Assembly (NCBI GenBank): GCA_025999335.1
Contig: AP024681.1
Coordinates: forward strand, 322,565 to 386,564
Reading direction: 5' to 3'
DNA: 64,000 nucleotides
From: Candidatus Parcubacteria bacterium
GTDB taxonomy: Bacteria; Patescibacteriota; Minisyncoccia; UBA6257; HR35
The translations under genes were made by a program, and so were the position numbers. The notes under the pieces are model-generated. The model made no database searches. It saw only the letters and a program-made list of their open reading frames with translations, and was not told the DNA's origin. This document shows, piece after piece, positions 1 through 10,207 of this stretch (within the stretch, counting starts at the first letter, position 1; every line of letters starts with the position of its first letter).

Positions 1-759
1 ATTTACAGCGCTTTGGGTTTACTTCAAGATCAATTGATAACTAAACCAGTTTTGCGCAATCCCCATCATTCATCTTCAGCAACAGCTATTTTAGGTGGAG
101 GCAAAGAGGCTAAACCTGGTGAAGTAACTTTATCGCATAGAGGTGTTTTGTTTTTTGATGAATTACCAGAATTTAGGCGCGATATTCTTGAAGGCATAAG
201 AGAGCCTTTAGAGACAGAAGAAATAGTAATTGCCCGAGCTAAAAAAACAATCAAGTATCCGGCAAGTTTTTTGTTTGTAGGAGCTTATAATCCTTGTCCT
301 TGTGGCTATTACGGCGATGAACAAATTGAATGCAAGTGCACCATTGCTGAAATCAATAAATATCAAAAGAAAATATCTGGGCCAATTTTAGATAGAATTG
401 ATATTTATTTATACGTACCACGAATTAATAGCGAAAAAATATTAAGCTTCAAAGAAAACAATTTAAATCAAATAAAAACTAAAATCATAGAAACAGTAGA
501 AAAAATGCAATATCGTTATCGCAAAGAAAATTTTAAATATAATAGTAAAATCCCTGTAAAAGCATTAAAAACTTATTGTAAATTAGACACCGCTAGCGAG
601 AATTTTTTAAAAAAAGCAATTGATGCTTATCGTTTATCTTTGCGTAGTGTTCATAAAATATTAAAATTAGCCCGCACTATAGCTGACTATAATGATCAAG
701 AAAATATAAAATTAGAGCATTTAAGCCAAGCCTTGCAATATAAATTAAGTACAAATTAA
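1..759 (+). CDS. comM: YifB/ComM-type Mg-chelatase-like AAA+ protein, C-terminal part (5' end lies outside the window)
   Basis: Frame 1 is open from nt 1, so the ORF-track start at 13 is not a real start. Motifs HRGVLFFDELPEF, the cysteine cluster CPCGYYG..CKC and GPILDRIDI are typical of the YifB/ComM family. Confidence 0.8.
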   Translation: MYSALGLLQDQLITKPVLRNPHHSSSATAILGGGKEAKPGEVTLSHRGVLFFDELPEFRRDILEGIREPLETEEIVIARAKKTIKYPASFLFVGAYNPCPCGYYGDEQIECKCTIAEINKYQKKISGPILDRIDIYLYVPRINSEKILSFKENNLNQIKTKIIETVEKMQYRYRKENFKYNSKIPVKALKTYCKLDTASENFLKKAIDAYRLSLRSVHKILKLARTIADYNDQENIKLEHLSQALQYKLSTN

Positions 760-769
760 TTTTATTTCC

Positions 770-1891
770 ATGATTATCTTGAAAAAAAATAAATTATTAA
801 AAAACAATCTTCATAAAACTAAAAATAAAAATGTGATTTTAAGGGTTGATTTTAATATAGATTTGAAAGATGGACATCTTGTTGACAAATACCGTCTAAA
901 TGCTGCTAAAGCAACCATTTATGCCTTAAAACAAACAGCAAATAAGATAATCATTATCAGCCACTTAGAAAACAATAAATTTAAGTCATTTAAAAAATTT
1001 CTTCCCTTTATAGAAAAGTTTCTCAAACAAAAAATAGTATTTTGCAATAGTTTAAACAAAGATATTGTCCAAAACATAAAAAATAAAATTATTTTTATAG
1101 AAAATATAAGACTTTGGCCCGGAGAAAAAGCTAACGACCTTATGCTTGCCAAACAAATAAAAGAACTTGGCGATGTTTTTGTTAATGAAGCGTTTTCCGT
1201 TAGCCATCGCAAGCACAGCTCTGTATACTGGCTACCCAAGCTAATGCCGACATTTTATGGTTTAAACTTTGAAAAAGAAATAAAATTATTAAACACTGTT
1301 TTAAAACAAAAAAGGCATGTTTTAATTTTGGGTGGCGCTAAAATAAGCACTAAACTACCTTTAATAAAAAAATTCTTACAAAAAAAGGCATTGGTTATTT
1401 TAGGAGGTGGTTTAGCAAACACAGTTTACAAAGCTTATAATTTTAAAATAGGCAAATCATTGATTGAAAAAAATATTTTAAATGATATCAAAAAAATAAA
1501 TAATGAAAATTTAATTTTACCTATTGATTTTTATGTCTTAAGTGATAAAAAAATTTTTTATAGGCGATTAGACGAAATTAAAAACAATGATATAATTTTA
1601 GACATTGGCGATAAAAGTTTAGACTTATTCAAAGAAAAACTACAAAATAATAAATATTATATTGTTTGGAATGGACCTTTGGGTTATGTAGAAAATCAAA
1701 CTTTTCAAAATGGAACTTTGCAACTAGCAAAGTTTTTAATAACAAAAAATAAAAACACTGTTGTCGGCGGCGGTGACACAATCGCTTTTTTAGAAAGTCA
1801 TAATTTAATGAAAAAATTTAAAAACATATCAACCGGGGGTGGAGCTATGTTGCATTACTTAGCTTTTGAAAAATTAAGTTTTAAAATATAA
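770..1891 (+). CDS. pgk: phosphoglycerate kinase
   Basis: 373 aa. Carries RVDFN near the N-terminus, NEAFSVSHRKHSS, GGGDT and STGGGA motifs of PGK. Confidence 0.9.
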   Translation: MIILKKNKLLKNNLHKTKNKNVILRVDFNIDLKDGHLVDKYRLNAAKATIYALKQTANKIIIISHLENNKFKSFKKFLPFIEKFLKQKIVFCNSLNKDIVQNIKNKIIFIENIRLWPGEKANDLMLAKQIKELGDVFVNEAFSVSHRKHSSVYWLPKLMPTFYGLNFEKEIKLLNTVLKQKRHVLILGGAKISTKLPLIKKFLQKKALVILGGGLANTVYKAYNFKIGKSLIEKNILNDIKKINNENLILPIDFYVLSDKKIFYRRLDEIKNNDIILDIGDKSLDLFKEKLQNNKYYIVWNGPLGYVENQTFQNGTLQLAKFLITKNKNTVVGGGDTIAFLESHNLMKKFKNISTGGGAMLHYLAFEKLSFKI

Positions 1892-1893
1892 AA

Positions 1894-2337
1894 ATGAAAA
1901 ATGATTTTTCTGAAATCATTGTTTACACCGATGGAGGTTCTCTTAATAATCCCGGTAAGGCAGCTATTGGAGTGGTTATTCATTATAAAAACCAAACAAA
2001 AGAATATTCTCGAGTAATAGGCGAAAATAAAACTAATAATGAAGCTGAATATGAGGCAGTTATTTTTGCTTTAGAAAAAGTAAAACAATTGTTTGGCAAA
2101 AAAAATTTACAAAAAGTAAACATTGTTTTAAATCTTGACAGCGAGCTTGTTGGTAATCAATTAAAAGGAAAATATAAAATAATGGAAGAAAAATTAATTC
2201 CTTATTTTATTAAATTTCATAACTTAAAAATTGATTTACCGAATATAAGTATTAACATTATCCCCCGAGAAAAAAATGCAGCCGCTGATGCTTTAGTAAA
2301 AAAATCATTATTCCCCAGTTTTTTAACATTTATTTAA
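1894..2337 (+). CDS. rnhA: ribonuclease HI family protein
   Basis: 147 aa. YTDGGS..NPG, NNEAEYEA and DSELV supply the acidic catalytic residues of the RNase H fold. Confidence 0.8.
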   Translation: MKNDFSEIIVYTDGGSLNNPGKAAIGVVIHYKNQTKEYSRVIGENKTNNEAEYEAVIFALEKVKQLFGKKNLQKVNIVLNLDSELVGNQLKGKYKIMEEKLIPYFIKFHNLKIDLPNISINIIPREKNAAADALVKKSLFPSFLTFI

Positions 2338-2397
2338 GATTTGCTTGATTTAGCTTTTTTAAAAAATGGTTTATAATTTATTAAAAATTTTTTAAAA

Positions 2398-3762
2398 ATG
2401 GATGACCTTTTTGAAACAACCTGGGAAAAAATACTGAATAATATCAAGGAAAATGTTGGACAATCGTTGTATAATGTGTGGTTTGCCAATCTGATGCCTA
2501 AAAACTATTCCCAGGGTATTCTTAAAATCGAGGTTCAAAGTAAATTTGTAAAAGATTGGCTAGAAAAAAAATTTCAACATATTATTCTTAAAGCCATTAA
2601 AGAAGAACTGCCGGAGATTAAAAATATTGAAATATGCGTTTCAACTAAAAATGATGTTAATAAAATAATTACCTATAAAAAAAGCATTCAAACAAAATTC
2701 CACAAAGTTTTTTTAGAAAAACCTTTATCAATTTTTGACACCAACCCTCATACTAATTTAAACCCTCGTTACCGCTTCGATAATTTTGTTGTCGGCAAAA
2801 GCAATGAATTAGCTTTTGCGGCTTGTCAAGCTGTTGCCAAAAATCCCGGCAAAAGTCATAATCCTTTGTTTATTTATGGACCGGTGGGCGTTGGAAAGAC
2901 GCACCTTCTCCAAGCTGTTGGCAATGAAACTTTAAGAATAAACAAAAATTCCAAAGTCAAATATATAACAACCGAAGAGTTTACCAATGAGTTTATTAAC
3001 GCTCTTAAAAACCATTCAATGGAAGATTTCAAAACAAAATTTCGCGAAGTTGATATTTTAATCTTAGACGATGTTCAGTTTTTATCAGGCAAAAACACTT
3101 CTCAAGAAGAATTATTTCATACTTTTAATTATTTATACAACATGTATAAACAAATTATTTTTTCATCGGATAGACCGCCGCGTCTTATCCCTGATATTGA
3201 AGAAAGGTTAAAGTCAAGATTTGAAGGGGGTTTGGTTATTGACATTAATCCTCCTGATATAGAAACAAGATTGGCTATTTTAAAATTAAAAAGCCAAGAA
3301 AAAGGCATAATTCTTGATGAAGAAATTTATGAAATAATCGCCAAAAAAATAACTCATAATATCAGAGAATTAGAAGGAGCTTTAAGCGCTGTTTTATTTT
3401 ATTATTCAAAAAACGAGAAAATTTCTAAAGACAAAATAGAAGAAATAGTTAAAAAATTTTCTAAAGATTATTACAGAAAAATTACTCCTAAAAAAATTAT
3501 TAAAATTATCTGTGAACATTATGACATTAAAGAAGAGGATGTTTTTAAAAAAACAAGAACCAAAAATTTGGTTGAGATAAGACAGTTCTTAATTTATCTA
3601 TTAAGAGAAATTTCACAATTATCTTATACTTCTATAGGTCAAATCTTAAAAAAAGACCATACAACTATAATATATTCATATGAAAAAATTGTTGAAAAGA
3701 TTAAGAATAAACCTGAATTAAATCAAGAATTAGAAACAATTAAATCAAAAATAATAGAATAA
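2398..3762 (+). CDS. dnaA: chromosomal replication initiator DnaA
   Basis: 454 aa. Walker A GPVGVGKTHL, Walker B ILILDDVQF, and a C-terminal DNA-binding HTH region (..KDHTTIIYSYEKI..). dnaN follows immediately. Confidence 0.95.
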   Translation: MDDLFETTWEKILNNIKENVGQSLYNVWFANLMPKNYSQGILKIEVQSKFVKDWLEKKFQHIILKAIKEELPEIKNIEICVSTKNDVNKIITYKKSIQTKFHKVFLEKPLSIFDTNPHTNLNPRYRFDNFVVGKSNELAFAACQAVAKNPGKSHNPLFIYGPVGVGKTHLLQAVGNETLRINKNSKVKYITTEEFTNEFINALKNHSMEDFKTKFREVDILILDDVQFLSGKNTSQEELFHTFNYLYNMYKQIIFSSDRPPRLIPDIEERLKSRFEGGLVIDINPPDIETRLAILKLKSQEKGIILDEEIYEIIAKKITHNIRELEGALSAVLFYYSKNEKISKDKIEEIVKKFSKDYYRKITPKKIIKIICEHYDIKEEDVFKKTRTKNLVEIRQFLIYLLREISQLSYTSIGQILKKDHTTIIYSYEKIVEKIKNKPELNQELETIKSKIIE

Positions 3763-3927
3763 ACAAATTATTAACAAATTATAAAGAAGTTATTATTTAA
3801 AAATAGTGTTTATTAATAAATAAAAATAAATATTTTTACAATTTATCCACAAATTAACATTACTATTATTACTACTATTAATAATATAATATTTAAATAA
3901 TATAATAAATTTATTTGAAAACATACA
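3763..3927. promoter_or_regulatory. putative oriC (dnaA-dnaN spacer)
   Basis: 165-nt, almost pure A/T spacer. It holds one perfect DnaA box TTATCCACA at 3843-3851, then an AT-only tract containing ATAATATAAT twice (3881-3890 and 3897-3906), which is DUE-like. Confidence 0.5.
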
Positions 3928-5055
3928 ATGGAAATAACTATTTTAAAAGATAAATTAAAAGAGGTTTTGCAAATAATTTCCGATATTTGTTCAAAAAGAA
4001 GTGATCTTAATATATTAAATTATTTTTATCTTGAAGCTAAAGATAATAAAATTTATATCTCTGCAACTGATTTAGATTTAAATTATCAAACAACCTTTCC
4101 TTCGAGAATAATCAAAGAAGGAAAAATTTTAATTCCCGCTAAACAATTTCAAAATATAATTGAAAATTTATACGAAGATGATTTAACTTTAGAAACAAAA
4201 GATAATGTTTTGTTTATTAAGACCAAACAAACATTTTCTTCTCTTCCTGGTTTACTAGAAGAAGATTTTCCCACTTTTCAAAATATTAATTATGATAATT
4301 ACTTTGAAATTGACTCTAATATTTTTGATGATTTTGTAAACAAACTTTACCCCATTCTTTTAACTTCTGATTTAAGACCAGAATATTCTGGTATTTATTT
4401 TGATTTAAATAATGATAATTTAAATTTAGTTGCTACAGATACAATCAGATTGGGCATTCAGTTGGTTAAACCTCAATTATTTGAAACTAATATAAAAAAA
4501 ATAAATGCTTTATTATCAAAAAGACTGATTAGTGAATATAAAAGTATTAGAAAAAAATCAGGCAAATTAAAAATATATTTTGAAGAAACGCAAGTAACTT
4601 TTGAAATTTTAAACCATAAACTAACAACAAAATTAAGTTCTATTGAATACCCAAATTATAAATCATTTATGTCGCCAAACAATTTTCTTTTTAGTTTTTT
4701 AATAGACAAAGATAATATTTTGAAAGCTTTACGTCTTAGTAAGATTTTTTCAGGCAATCTAAGAGAAGTTGAATTGAGTTTTGATTTAAAAAATAATAAA
4801 TTAACTCTTTATAGTAAAAACGAGTTTTTGGGTGAAAATAAAAATATTATTGATTTTCAAATTAAAGATAATAATCTTGTTGATGATTCTTTTAATATTA
4901 AATTTAGCGTTGACTTTTTGATTGATGGATTTAATGTTAACGAAGGTGAGAAAATTTTTGCCGGTTTTTTTAATGGTCCTCATCAAGATAGTTCCCCGAT
5001 TTACATCAAATCACCTCTTTACGACGATTTTTTCTATATAGCTATTCATCGATAA
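3928..5055 (+). CDS. dnaN: DNA polymerase III beta sliding clamp
   Basis: 375 aa, directly downstream of dnaA. Length and N-terminal pattern fit a three-domain beta clamp. Confidence 0.85.
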   Translation: MEITILKDKLKEVLQIISDICSKRSDLNILNYFYLEAKDNKIYISATDLDLNYQTTFPSRIIKEGKILIPAKQFQNIIENLYEDDLTLETKDNVLFIKTKQTFSSLPGLLEEDFPTFQNINYDNYFEIDSNIFDDFVNKLYPILLTSDLRPEYSGIYFDLNNDNLNLVATDTIRLGIQLVKPQLFETNIKKINALLSKRLISEYKSIRKKSGKLKIYFEETQVTFEILNHKLTTKLSSIEYPNYKSFMSPNNFLFSFLIDKDNILKALRLSKIFSGNLREVELSFDLKNNKLTLYSKNEFLGENKNIIDFQIKDNNLVDDSFNIKFSVDFLIDGFNVNEGEKIFAGFFNGPHQDSSPIYIKSPLYDDFFYIAIHR

Positions 5056-5056
5056 A

Positions 5057-5287
5057 ATGAAAAGCATTAATTATGTTTTAACTAATCAAGATATATTCAA
5101 AATTGCTTCTCTTTTAAAAAAATACTTTCCTAAAAAAAATATTACTATTAAAACAGATAATTTTAATAAAAATAACATAAGTATTATTTTCAAAGATAAG
5201 GTTGACAGATTACTTTTAGAAGAAATTCGTTTACTTCTTTTTGAAAAATATCCAGATAAAAAATTTTTTTTAAAATTTAAAAATTAA
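5057..5287 (+). CDS. small hypothetical protein, possibly DUF721/DciA-like
   Basis: 76 aa, starts 1 nt after the dnaN stop. The C-terminal pattern ..ISIIFKDKVDRLLLEEIRLLLFEKY weakly recalls DUF721 proteins that often sit near dnaN. Confidence 0.4.
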   Translation: MKSINYVLTNQDIFKIASLLKKYFPKKNITIKTDNFNKNNISIIFKDKVDRLLLEEIRLLLFEKYPDKKFFLKFKN

Positions 5288-5292
5288 ACACA

Positions 5293-7314
5293 TTACTCAC
5301 TGTTTGCCCATTGTTTTACTGGTTGCTCCCAGTTATAAAACTGAGGATCATTAGCAGGATTTGATGGCATCGGACCTAAAGGATCATACCTATCAACATA
5401 ATATAAAATATTGTGAATTCCGTAATCAGAAAAGTATTCGCCGTTTAACATTGGTTTGTTAATAAATTTCTTTTGATAAGTTGCAAATTTTTCAGGAGTA
5501 ATTTTGTCTTTATCAATAACATTTTTAAGAAAATCATGGACAATAGGTAAAGCGGCGACCAAACTTGAGCCTAAGGATCGCATTCTTTTGCCATCAGTAT
5601 TACCAGCCCAAACACCGATAACAAAGTTAGGAGTGTAGGCAAAAGCCCAGGCATCTTGATAAAATTGGGTTGTGCCTGTTTTAAGGGCAACTTCGTAGCC
5701 AGGAAAGATTGTTAAATAAAGACTACGGCTAAAAAGTCCTTTGCGCGCTTCAATATCTTTAAGAATATCATTAACCATTCTAGCGGTTTCAGGTGAGATG
5801 ATTTGCTCTTCCTTAACTTTGTGTTCGTAGATTATTTTTCTGTCTTTGATAATTTTTAAAACAAATGTTTGGTTCGTTAGTTTGCCTTCATTAGCTAAAG
5901 CGCCGTAAAATTTTATTAAATCAGCCATTCTTACTTCAGCGGCGCCTAGAGCAGCTGATAAACCATAAGCTTGCCAGTCTTTTAGATAATCCATACCTAT
6001 TTTTTTTGCTAATTCAAAAACTTTTTCGGGTATAGCCAAATAAAATACTTTTACCGCGGGAACATTTCGAGATTCCGCTAAAGCTTGTCTTAAGGAAACA
6101 GGTCCTTTAAATTTATTGTCGAAATTTTTTGGTTTGTAATTACCAAAATTGGTTGGTAAATCAAAAACTATTGTCTCTGGGGAATAGCCGAGTTCAAATA
6201 ATGACGCATAAGCAAGGGGCTTAAAAGCTGATCCAGGTTGCCTTAAGCGAAAAGGAACATTGACTTGTCCGTCAATGCTTTCGTCATTAAAATCTTTAGA
6301 ACCAACTAATGCTATAATTTCTCCTGTTTTTGGATTAATAGCCATTAAAGCAGCATTAGCGCCACCGTAATTTTTTTTGTTTCTTTCGGCCATTTCTTTA
6401 ACGCTTTTTTCAGCTATTTTTTGAATGTCTAAATCTAAAGTGGTTATTACCTTTAAATTGCTATTTTCTAAATTTTCATTTACATCAGGGAGATGCAATG
6501 ATTTTATAAAATTAATTGTTTCAATGACAAAATGAGGAGCTATTAAGCCCGCATATTTAAATTTTTGAATTTTAATTTCCTCGTTTAAAGCATTAACGTA
6601 TTCTTCTGGAGAAATTATTTTTGCATCTTTCATTTTTTTAAGAATAAAATCTCTTCTTTCTTTTGTTTTGATAATATTTGTTGGAGTTAAAGGAGCGTAA
6701 ATATTAGGTGACTTAGGAATGGCAGCCAAGATTGCCATTTCCGATAAAGATAAATTTTCCAGTTTTTTGTCAAAATAAAATTCAGCGGCTGCTTTAACAC
6801 CAACATTGCCAGCGCCAAAATATATTGAATTAAGATAATAGGTTAAAATTTTTTCTTTAGAATAATTTTTTTCTATTTTAATGGCTAGTAAAATTTCTTT
6901 TATTTTACGAATAAAAGTTTTTTCCTGAGTTAAAAATAAATTTCTCGCCAACTGTTGAGTTATTGTTGAACCGCCGTAAGTTAAGCTGCGATTTTTAATA
7001 TTTAAGAATATAGATCTTATAATGCCTCTTAAACTAATACCAGGATGTTCGTAAAATTGTTCGTCTTCAGCGGCTAAAAAAGCTTTAACAAGAAGAGGTG
7101 GGATTTTATCAAAATCAACCCAAGTTCTTCTTAAGCCAATTTTATACAACAAAACCGTGCCGCTGCGATCAAAAAACTCTGTGCCGCCACTAATTATTTT
7201 TTCGCCTAAAATATTTGGAGTTGGCAAATTTTTGTTAATGTATAATATAACAGCGAGAGAAAAGCTGGTTGTTATTAAAACTAAAGATAAACAAATTTTT
7301 AAAAAAAGTCTCAT
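5293..7314 (-). CDS. class A penicillin-binding protein (transglycosylase + transpeptidase)
   Basis: 673 aa with an N-terminal TM anchor. GT51 motifs are EDEQFYEHPGIS, GGSTITQQ and RKIKE. Transpeptidase motifs are SAFKP (SxxK), SRN and KTGTT. Confidence 0.9.
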   Translation of the reverse strand: MRLFLKICLSLVLITTSFSLAVILYINKNLPTPNILGEKIISGGTEFFDRSGTVLLYKIGLRRTWVDFDKIPPLLVKAFLAAEDEQFYEHPGISLRGIIRSIFLNIKNRSLTYGGSTITQQLARNLFLTQEKTFIRKIKEILLAIKIEKNYSKEKILTYYLNSIYFGAGNVGVKAAAEFYFDKKLENLSLSEMAILAAIPKSPNIYAPLTPTNIIKTKERRDFILKKMKDAKIISPEEYVNALNEEIKIQKFKYAGLIAPHFVIETINFIKSLHLPDVNENLENSNLKVITTLDLDIQKIAEKSVKEMAERNKKNYGGANAALMAINPKTGEIIALVGSKDFNDESIDGQVNVPFRLRQPGSAFKPLAYASLFELGYSPETIVFDLPTNFGNYKPKNFDNKFKGPVSLRQALAESRNVPAVKVFYLAIPEKVFELAKKIGMDYLKDWQAYGLSAALGAAEVRMADLIKFYGALANEGKLTNQTFVLKIIKDRKIIYEHKVKEEQIISPETARMVNDILKDIEARKGLFSRSLYLTIFPGYEVALKTGTTQFYQDAWAFAYTPNFVIGVWAGNTDGKRMRSLGSSLVAALPIVHDFLKNVIDKDKITPEKFATYQKKFINKPMLNGEYFSDYGIHNILYYVDRYDPLGPMPSNPANDPQFYNWEQPVKQWANSE

Positions 7315-7342
7315 TTTTATAATATTTCATTATAATTTAATT

Positions 7343-8989
7343 ATGGATAATTTTAAAGATTTTGATAAATTTCAAAAAGATCAAGAAAAGCTAGCAATGA
7401 CCTTGGCCGATTCTTTAGGAATGGATTATTATGATTTGCAAGTTAATAAGCCATCTGTTGAAGCTCTGAAGGTTGTTGACGAAGAAGTTGCTCTTAAATT
7501 AAAAGTTATCCCGATTAAAAAAGATTTAAACACAATAATTTTAGGCGTTGTTGATCCTTTTAACCCCGAAGTAGAAACCTTAAAACAAAAATTAGAAAAC
7601 GAAGGCTTAAAAGTTAGTTTAGCGATTATTTCTAATCAAAGCTTTGATATCGCTAAAGATGATTATAAATTTATAAGTCGCCGCAAAATTAGTTATGCTA
7701 AAGTTTTTGAGGTTAATACCGATGTTATTAATGATGTTAATCAAAATATTGATAACAGAGAAGATTTGCAAAAAGTTATGCTTCGTACTTTAGAAGAATC
7801 ACCTTTCTTTTTGCTTGATTATGTTTTAGCCGGCGCTTTAAAATTTAATGCTTCAGATATTCACTTTGAGCCTTACGAGAAAAAAGCAATAATTAGATAT
7901 CGTTTAGATGGTTTGTTGTATGATGTTTGCGAATTGTCGCAAACTGCCTATGATTTAATTAAAAATAGAATAAAAGTTTTGTCTGGATTAATGATTAATG
8001 TTACTAACAAGCCTCAAGATGGTAGTTTTTCATTAACTGTTATTAATAAAAAAATAGACATAAGGGTTTCTATTATTCCTGTGGGTATTAACGAAGCTAT
8101 TGTTTTAAGGGTTTTAGATTTTAGTCAAATCAAAGTCAATTTAGAAGATTTGGGTTTTAGAGAAGACGATTTGGAGTTTTTAAACGAAGCTATTGCTGCT
8201 CCTAATGGTTTAATTCTTAACACTGGACCGACAGGATCAGGAAAAACAACAACTCTTTACTCTATTTTAATGAAAATCAAAGATCCAACAATTAAAATTG
8301 TAACCGTTGAAAATCCTATTGAATATAAAATTGAAGGTATTAGCCAAACGCAAGTTGACGAAACAAAAGGGCTTACTTTTGCTTCTGCTTTAAGAGCTTT
8401 TTTAAGACATGATCCCGATGTTATTTTAGTTGGCGAAATCAGAGATAAAGAAACAGCCGACACCGCTATCCAGGCAGCTTTAACTGGACACCTTGTTTTG
8501 TCAACTCTTCACACCAACGATACTTTAGGAGCTATCCCAAGGTTATTTAGTTTAGGCGTCGATGTTAAATTAATACCTTCAGCCTTACGGTTAATTATCG
8601 CGCAAAGGTTATTAAGACAAATATGCAGTAATTGCAAAGAAGAATATAGCGCCGATGAAGACTTAATAAAAAAAATTAAAGCTAAACTAATAGACCTACC
8701 AAAAAGAGTAAAAACAAGTTTTAACTTTGATTATACGAATCTTAAGTTAGCTAAAGGCAAGGGTTGCGACAAATGTTTTAATACCGGCTATAAAGGTAGA
8801 ATAGGCATCTTTGAATTTTTGCGAATGTCTAAGGCATTAGAGGAGCTAATATATCAAAAACCATCGGAGGCAGAAATTTTAAAAGCAATAAAAGACGATT
8901 TTGTTTCTTTGCAGCAAGATGCTTTAATAAAAGCTTTAGAACACAAAACAACGATCGAAGAAGTTGAAAGAATAACTGGGTTGATTTAA
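7343..8989 (+). CDS. type II/IV secretion / type IV pilus assembly ATPase (GspE/PilB family)
   Basis: Walker A GPTGSGKTTT, ILVGEIRD, a His-box region, and a tetracysteine motif CSNC..CDKC. The start is moved to ATG 7343 (MDNFKDF..) because the ORF-track start at 7157 overlaps the divergent PBP gene. Confidence 0.9.
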   Translation: MDNFKDFDKFQKDQEKLAMTLADSLGMDYYDLQVNKPSVEALKVVDEEVALKLKVIPIKKDLNTIILGVVDPFNPEVETLKQKLENEGLKVSLAIISNQSFDIAKDDYKFISRRKISYAKVFEVNTDVINDVNQNIDNREDLQKVMLRTLEESPFFLLDYVLAGALKFNASDIHFEPYEKKAIIRYRLDGLLYDVCELSQTAYDLIKNRIKVLSGLMINVTNKPQDGSFSLTVINKKIDIRVSIIPVGINEAIVLRVLDFSQIKVNLEDLGFREDDLEFLNEAIAAPNGLILNTGPTGSGKTTTLYSILMKIKDPTIKIVTVENPIEYKIEGISQTQVDETKGLTFASALRAFLRHDPDVILVGEIRDKETADTAIQAALTGHLVLSTLHTNDTLGAIPRLFSLGVDVKLIPSALRLIIAQRLLRQICSNCKEEYSADEDLIKKIKAKLIDLPKRVKTSFNFDYTNLKLAKGKGCDKCFNTGYKGRIGIFEFLRMSKALEELIYQKPSEAEILKAIKDDFVSLQQDALIKALEHKTTIEEVERITGLI

Positions 8990-9018
8990 ACTAAAATCTG
9001 AGTTATAATTTAAAACAA

Positions 9019-9371
9019 CGGAGAACAGCTGATCGCTTTGTTTTTAAACAAAGAGGAAAGTCCGGACACCGTTTATTTTAAAGCGCCTTTGAAAAAAGGA
9101 AAAGCGAAAGCTTTTAACGACTAAAACAGAGACCATTCTAGCTAAACATTGATTGTTTAGCCAAAGGTGAAAAGCAAAAAGATGTCAAAAAACCCTTTTT
9201 TTGGCTACTTTTTGCTCTCAAGAAGTAATTCTTGAGATGGTTTAGTCGTTCGCTTTATCACGGTGCAAGGCCGAGCTTTGGCTTATGCCAAAGAGTGCCG
9301 CATTAAAGAAAAAAGAAATTTTTTCTTTAGACAGATGATCAGCTCAAACAGAATCCGGCTTATGTTCTCCG
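9019..9371 (+). ncRNA. rnpB: RNase P RNA (bacterial type A-like)
   Basis: The P4 strands are conserved: GAGGAAAGUCCGGAC near 9052-9066 and ACAGAAUCCGGCUUA near 9348-9362. The terminal P1 helix pairs GGAGAACA (9020-9027) with UGUUCUCC (9363-9370). The region holds no ORF and is GC-richer than its flanks. Confidence 0.85.
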
Positions 9372-9396
9372 TCTTTTTAAATTAACATTAACTATT

Positions 9397-10092
9397 ATGG
9401 CAGGACATTCTCATTGGGCACAAATTAAGCACAAGAAAGCTATTGTTGATGCTAAACGTGGGCAGCTTATAAGCAAATTGGTGCGCGCTATATCTATTGC
9501 CGCTCGCGAAGGTTCAAATCCGGAATTGAATTTTAAATTAAGATCAGCCATTGAAAGAGCTAAAAATTTTCAAGTGCCTATAGAAAATATTGAGAGGGCT
9601 ATTAATAAAGTTTCAGAAACAAGCAAGCTTGAAGAAGTATTTTATGAAGCATACTTGGATGAAGTTCAGTTGCTTATTAAAACAATTACCGATAATAAAA
9701 ATAGAACTTTAGGAGAAATCAAACATTTATTAAATAAATATGGCGGTAGATTAGGCGAGGTAGGTTCAGTGAGGTGGAATTTTAAAGAGGTAGGCGTTAT
9801 TGTTGTTGATGATAAGGATGTGGATAAAATTTTAACAGACATTGATTTGATTAATGATTTTGAAAACAAAGGATCAGAAGGTAAAACTTGGTTAATAGTT
9901 GAATCTAAAAAAATAAACGATGTTAAAAACCTGTTAGATTCTAAAAAAATCCCTATTTACGATATTTTTTTAGATTTTAAGCCTTTAAATACAGTTAATA
10001 TTGAAGACGAGAGTAAAAAAAATAAAATTAACGCTTTTATAGAAGAAGCTTTAAATCTTGATGAAGTTGACGAGGTTTTTGTAAATATATAA
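9397..10092 (+). CDS. yebC: YebC/PmpR family DNA-binding regulator
   Basis: 231 aa. The N-terminus MAGHSHWAQIKHKKA..DAKRG is the family signature. Confidence 0.9.
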   Translation: MAGHSHWAQIKHKKAIVDAKRGQLISKLVRAISIAAREGSNPELNFKLRSAIERAKNFQVPIENIERAINKVSETSKLEEVFYEAYLDEVQLLIKTITDNKNRTLGEIKHLLNKYGGRLGEVGSVRWNFKEVGVIVVDDKDVDKILTDIDLINDFENKGSEGKTWLIVESKKINDVKNLLDSKKIPIYDIFLDFKPLNTVNIEDESKKNKINAFIEEALNLDEVDEVFVNI

Positions 10093-10207
10093 TTAATTAA
10101 AAGTATTGTTTAAAAAAAATTTGTATATAATATATATAATCAATTAACATTTAAGTCGTTCATTAAATATTTTTTAGGTTTTTAATTTTTATTTTTTTTA
10201 TTAAACA

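Noticed and set aside
919-1239. Short antisense or alternative-frame ORFs inside long genes. The list is 66-254, 919-1239, 4801-4986, 8257-8463, 9666-9869, 11961-12170, 12357-12590, 14070-14324, 15270-15479, 24999-25217, 30684-30920, 31386-31673, 31871-32101, 32604-32843, 32940-33128, 42399-42590, 45521-45781, 50157-50465, 52882-53088, 53970-54185, 54729-54953, 61946-62137, 62814-63059 and 63329-63568
   Set aside because: All are fully nested in, or largely overlap, much longer ORFs with clear family motifs. Their translations are low-complexity or hydrophobic noise typical of AT-rich antisense frames.
7157-7342. N-terminal 62-codon extension of the PilB/GspE ORF in the ORF track
   Set aside because: The extension overlaps the 5' end of the divergent PBP gene and translates to non-homologous sequence. 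The ATG at 7343 (MDNFKDF..) gives a normal GspE N-terminus.
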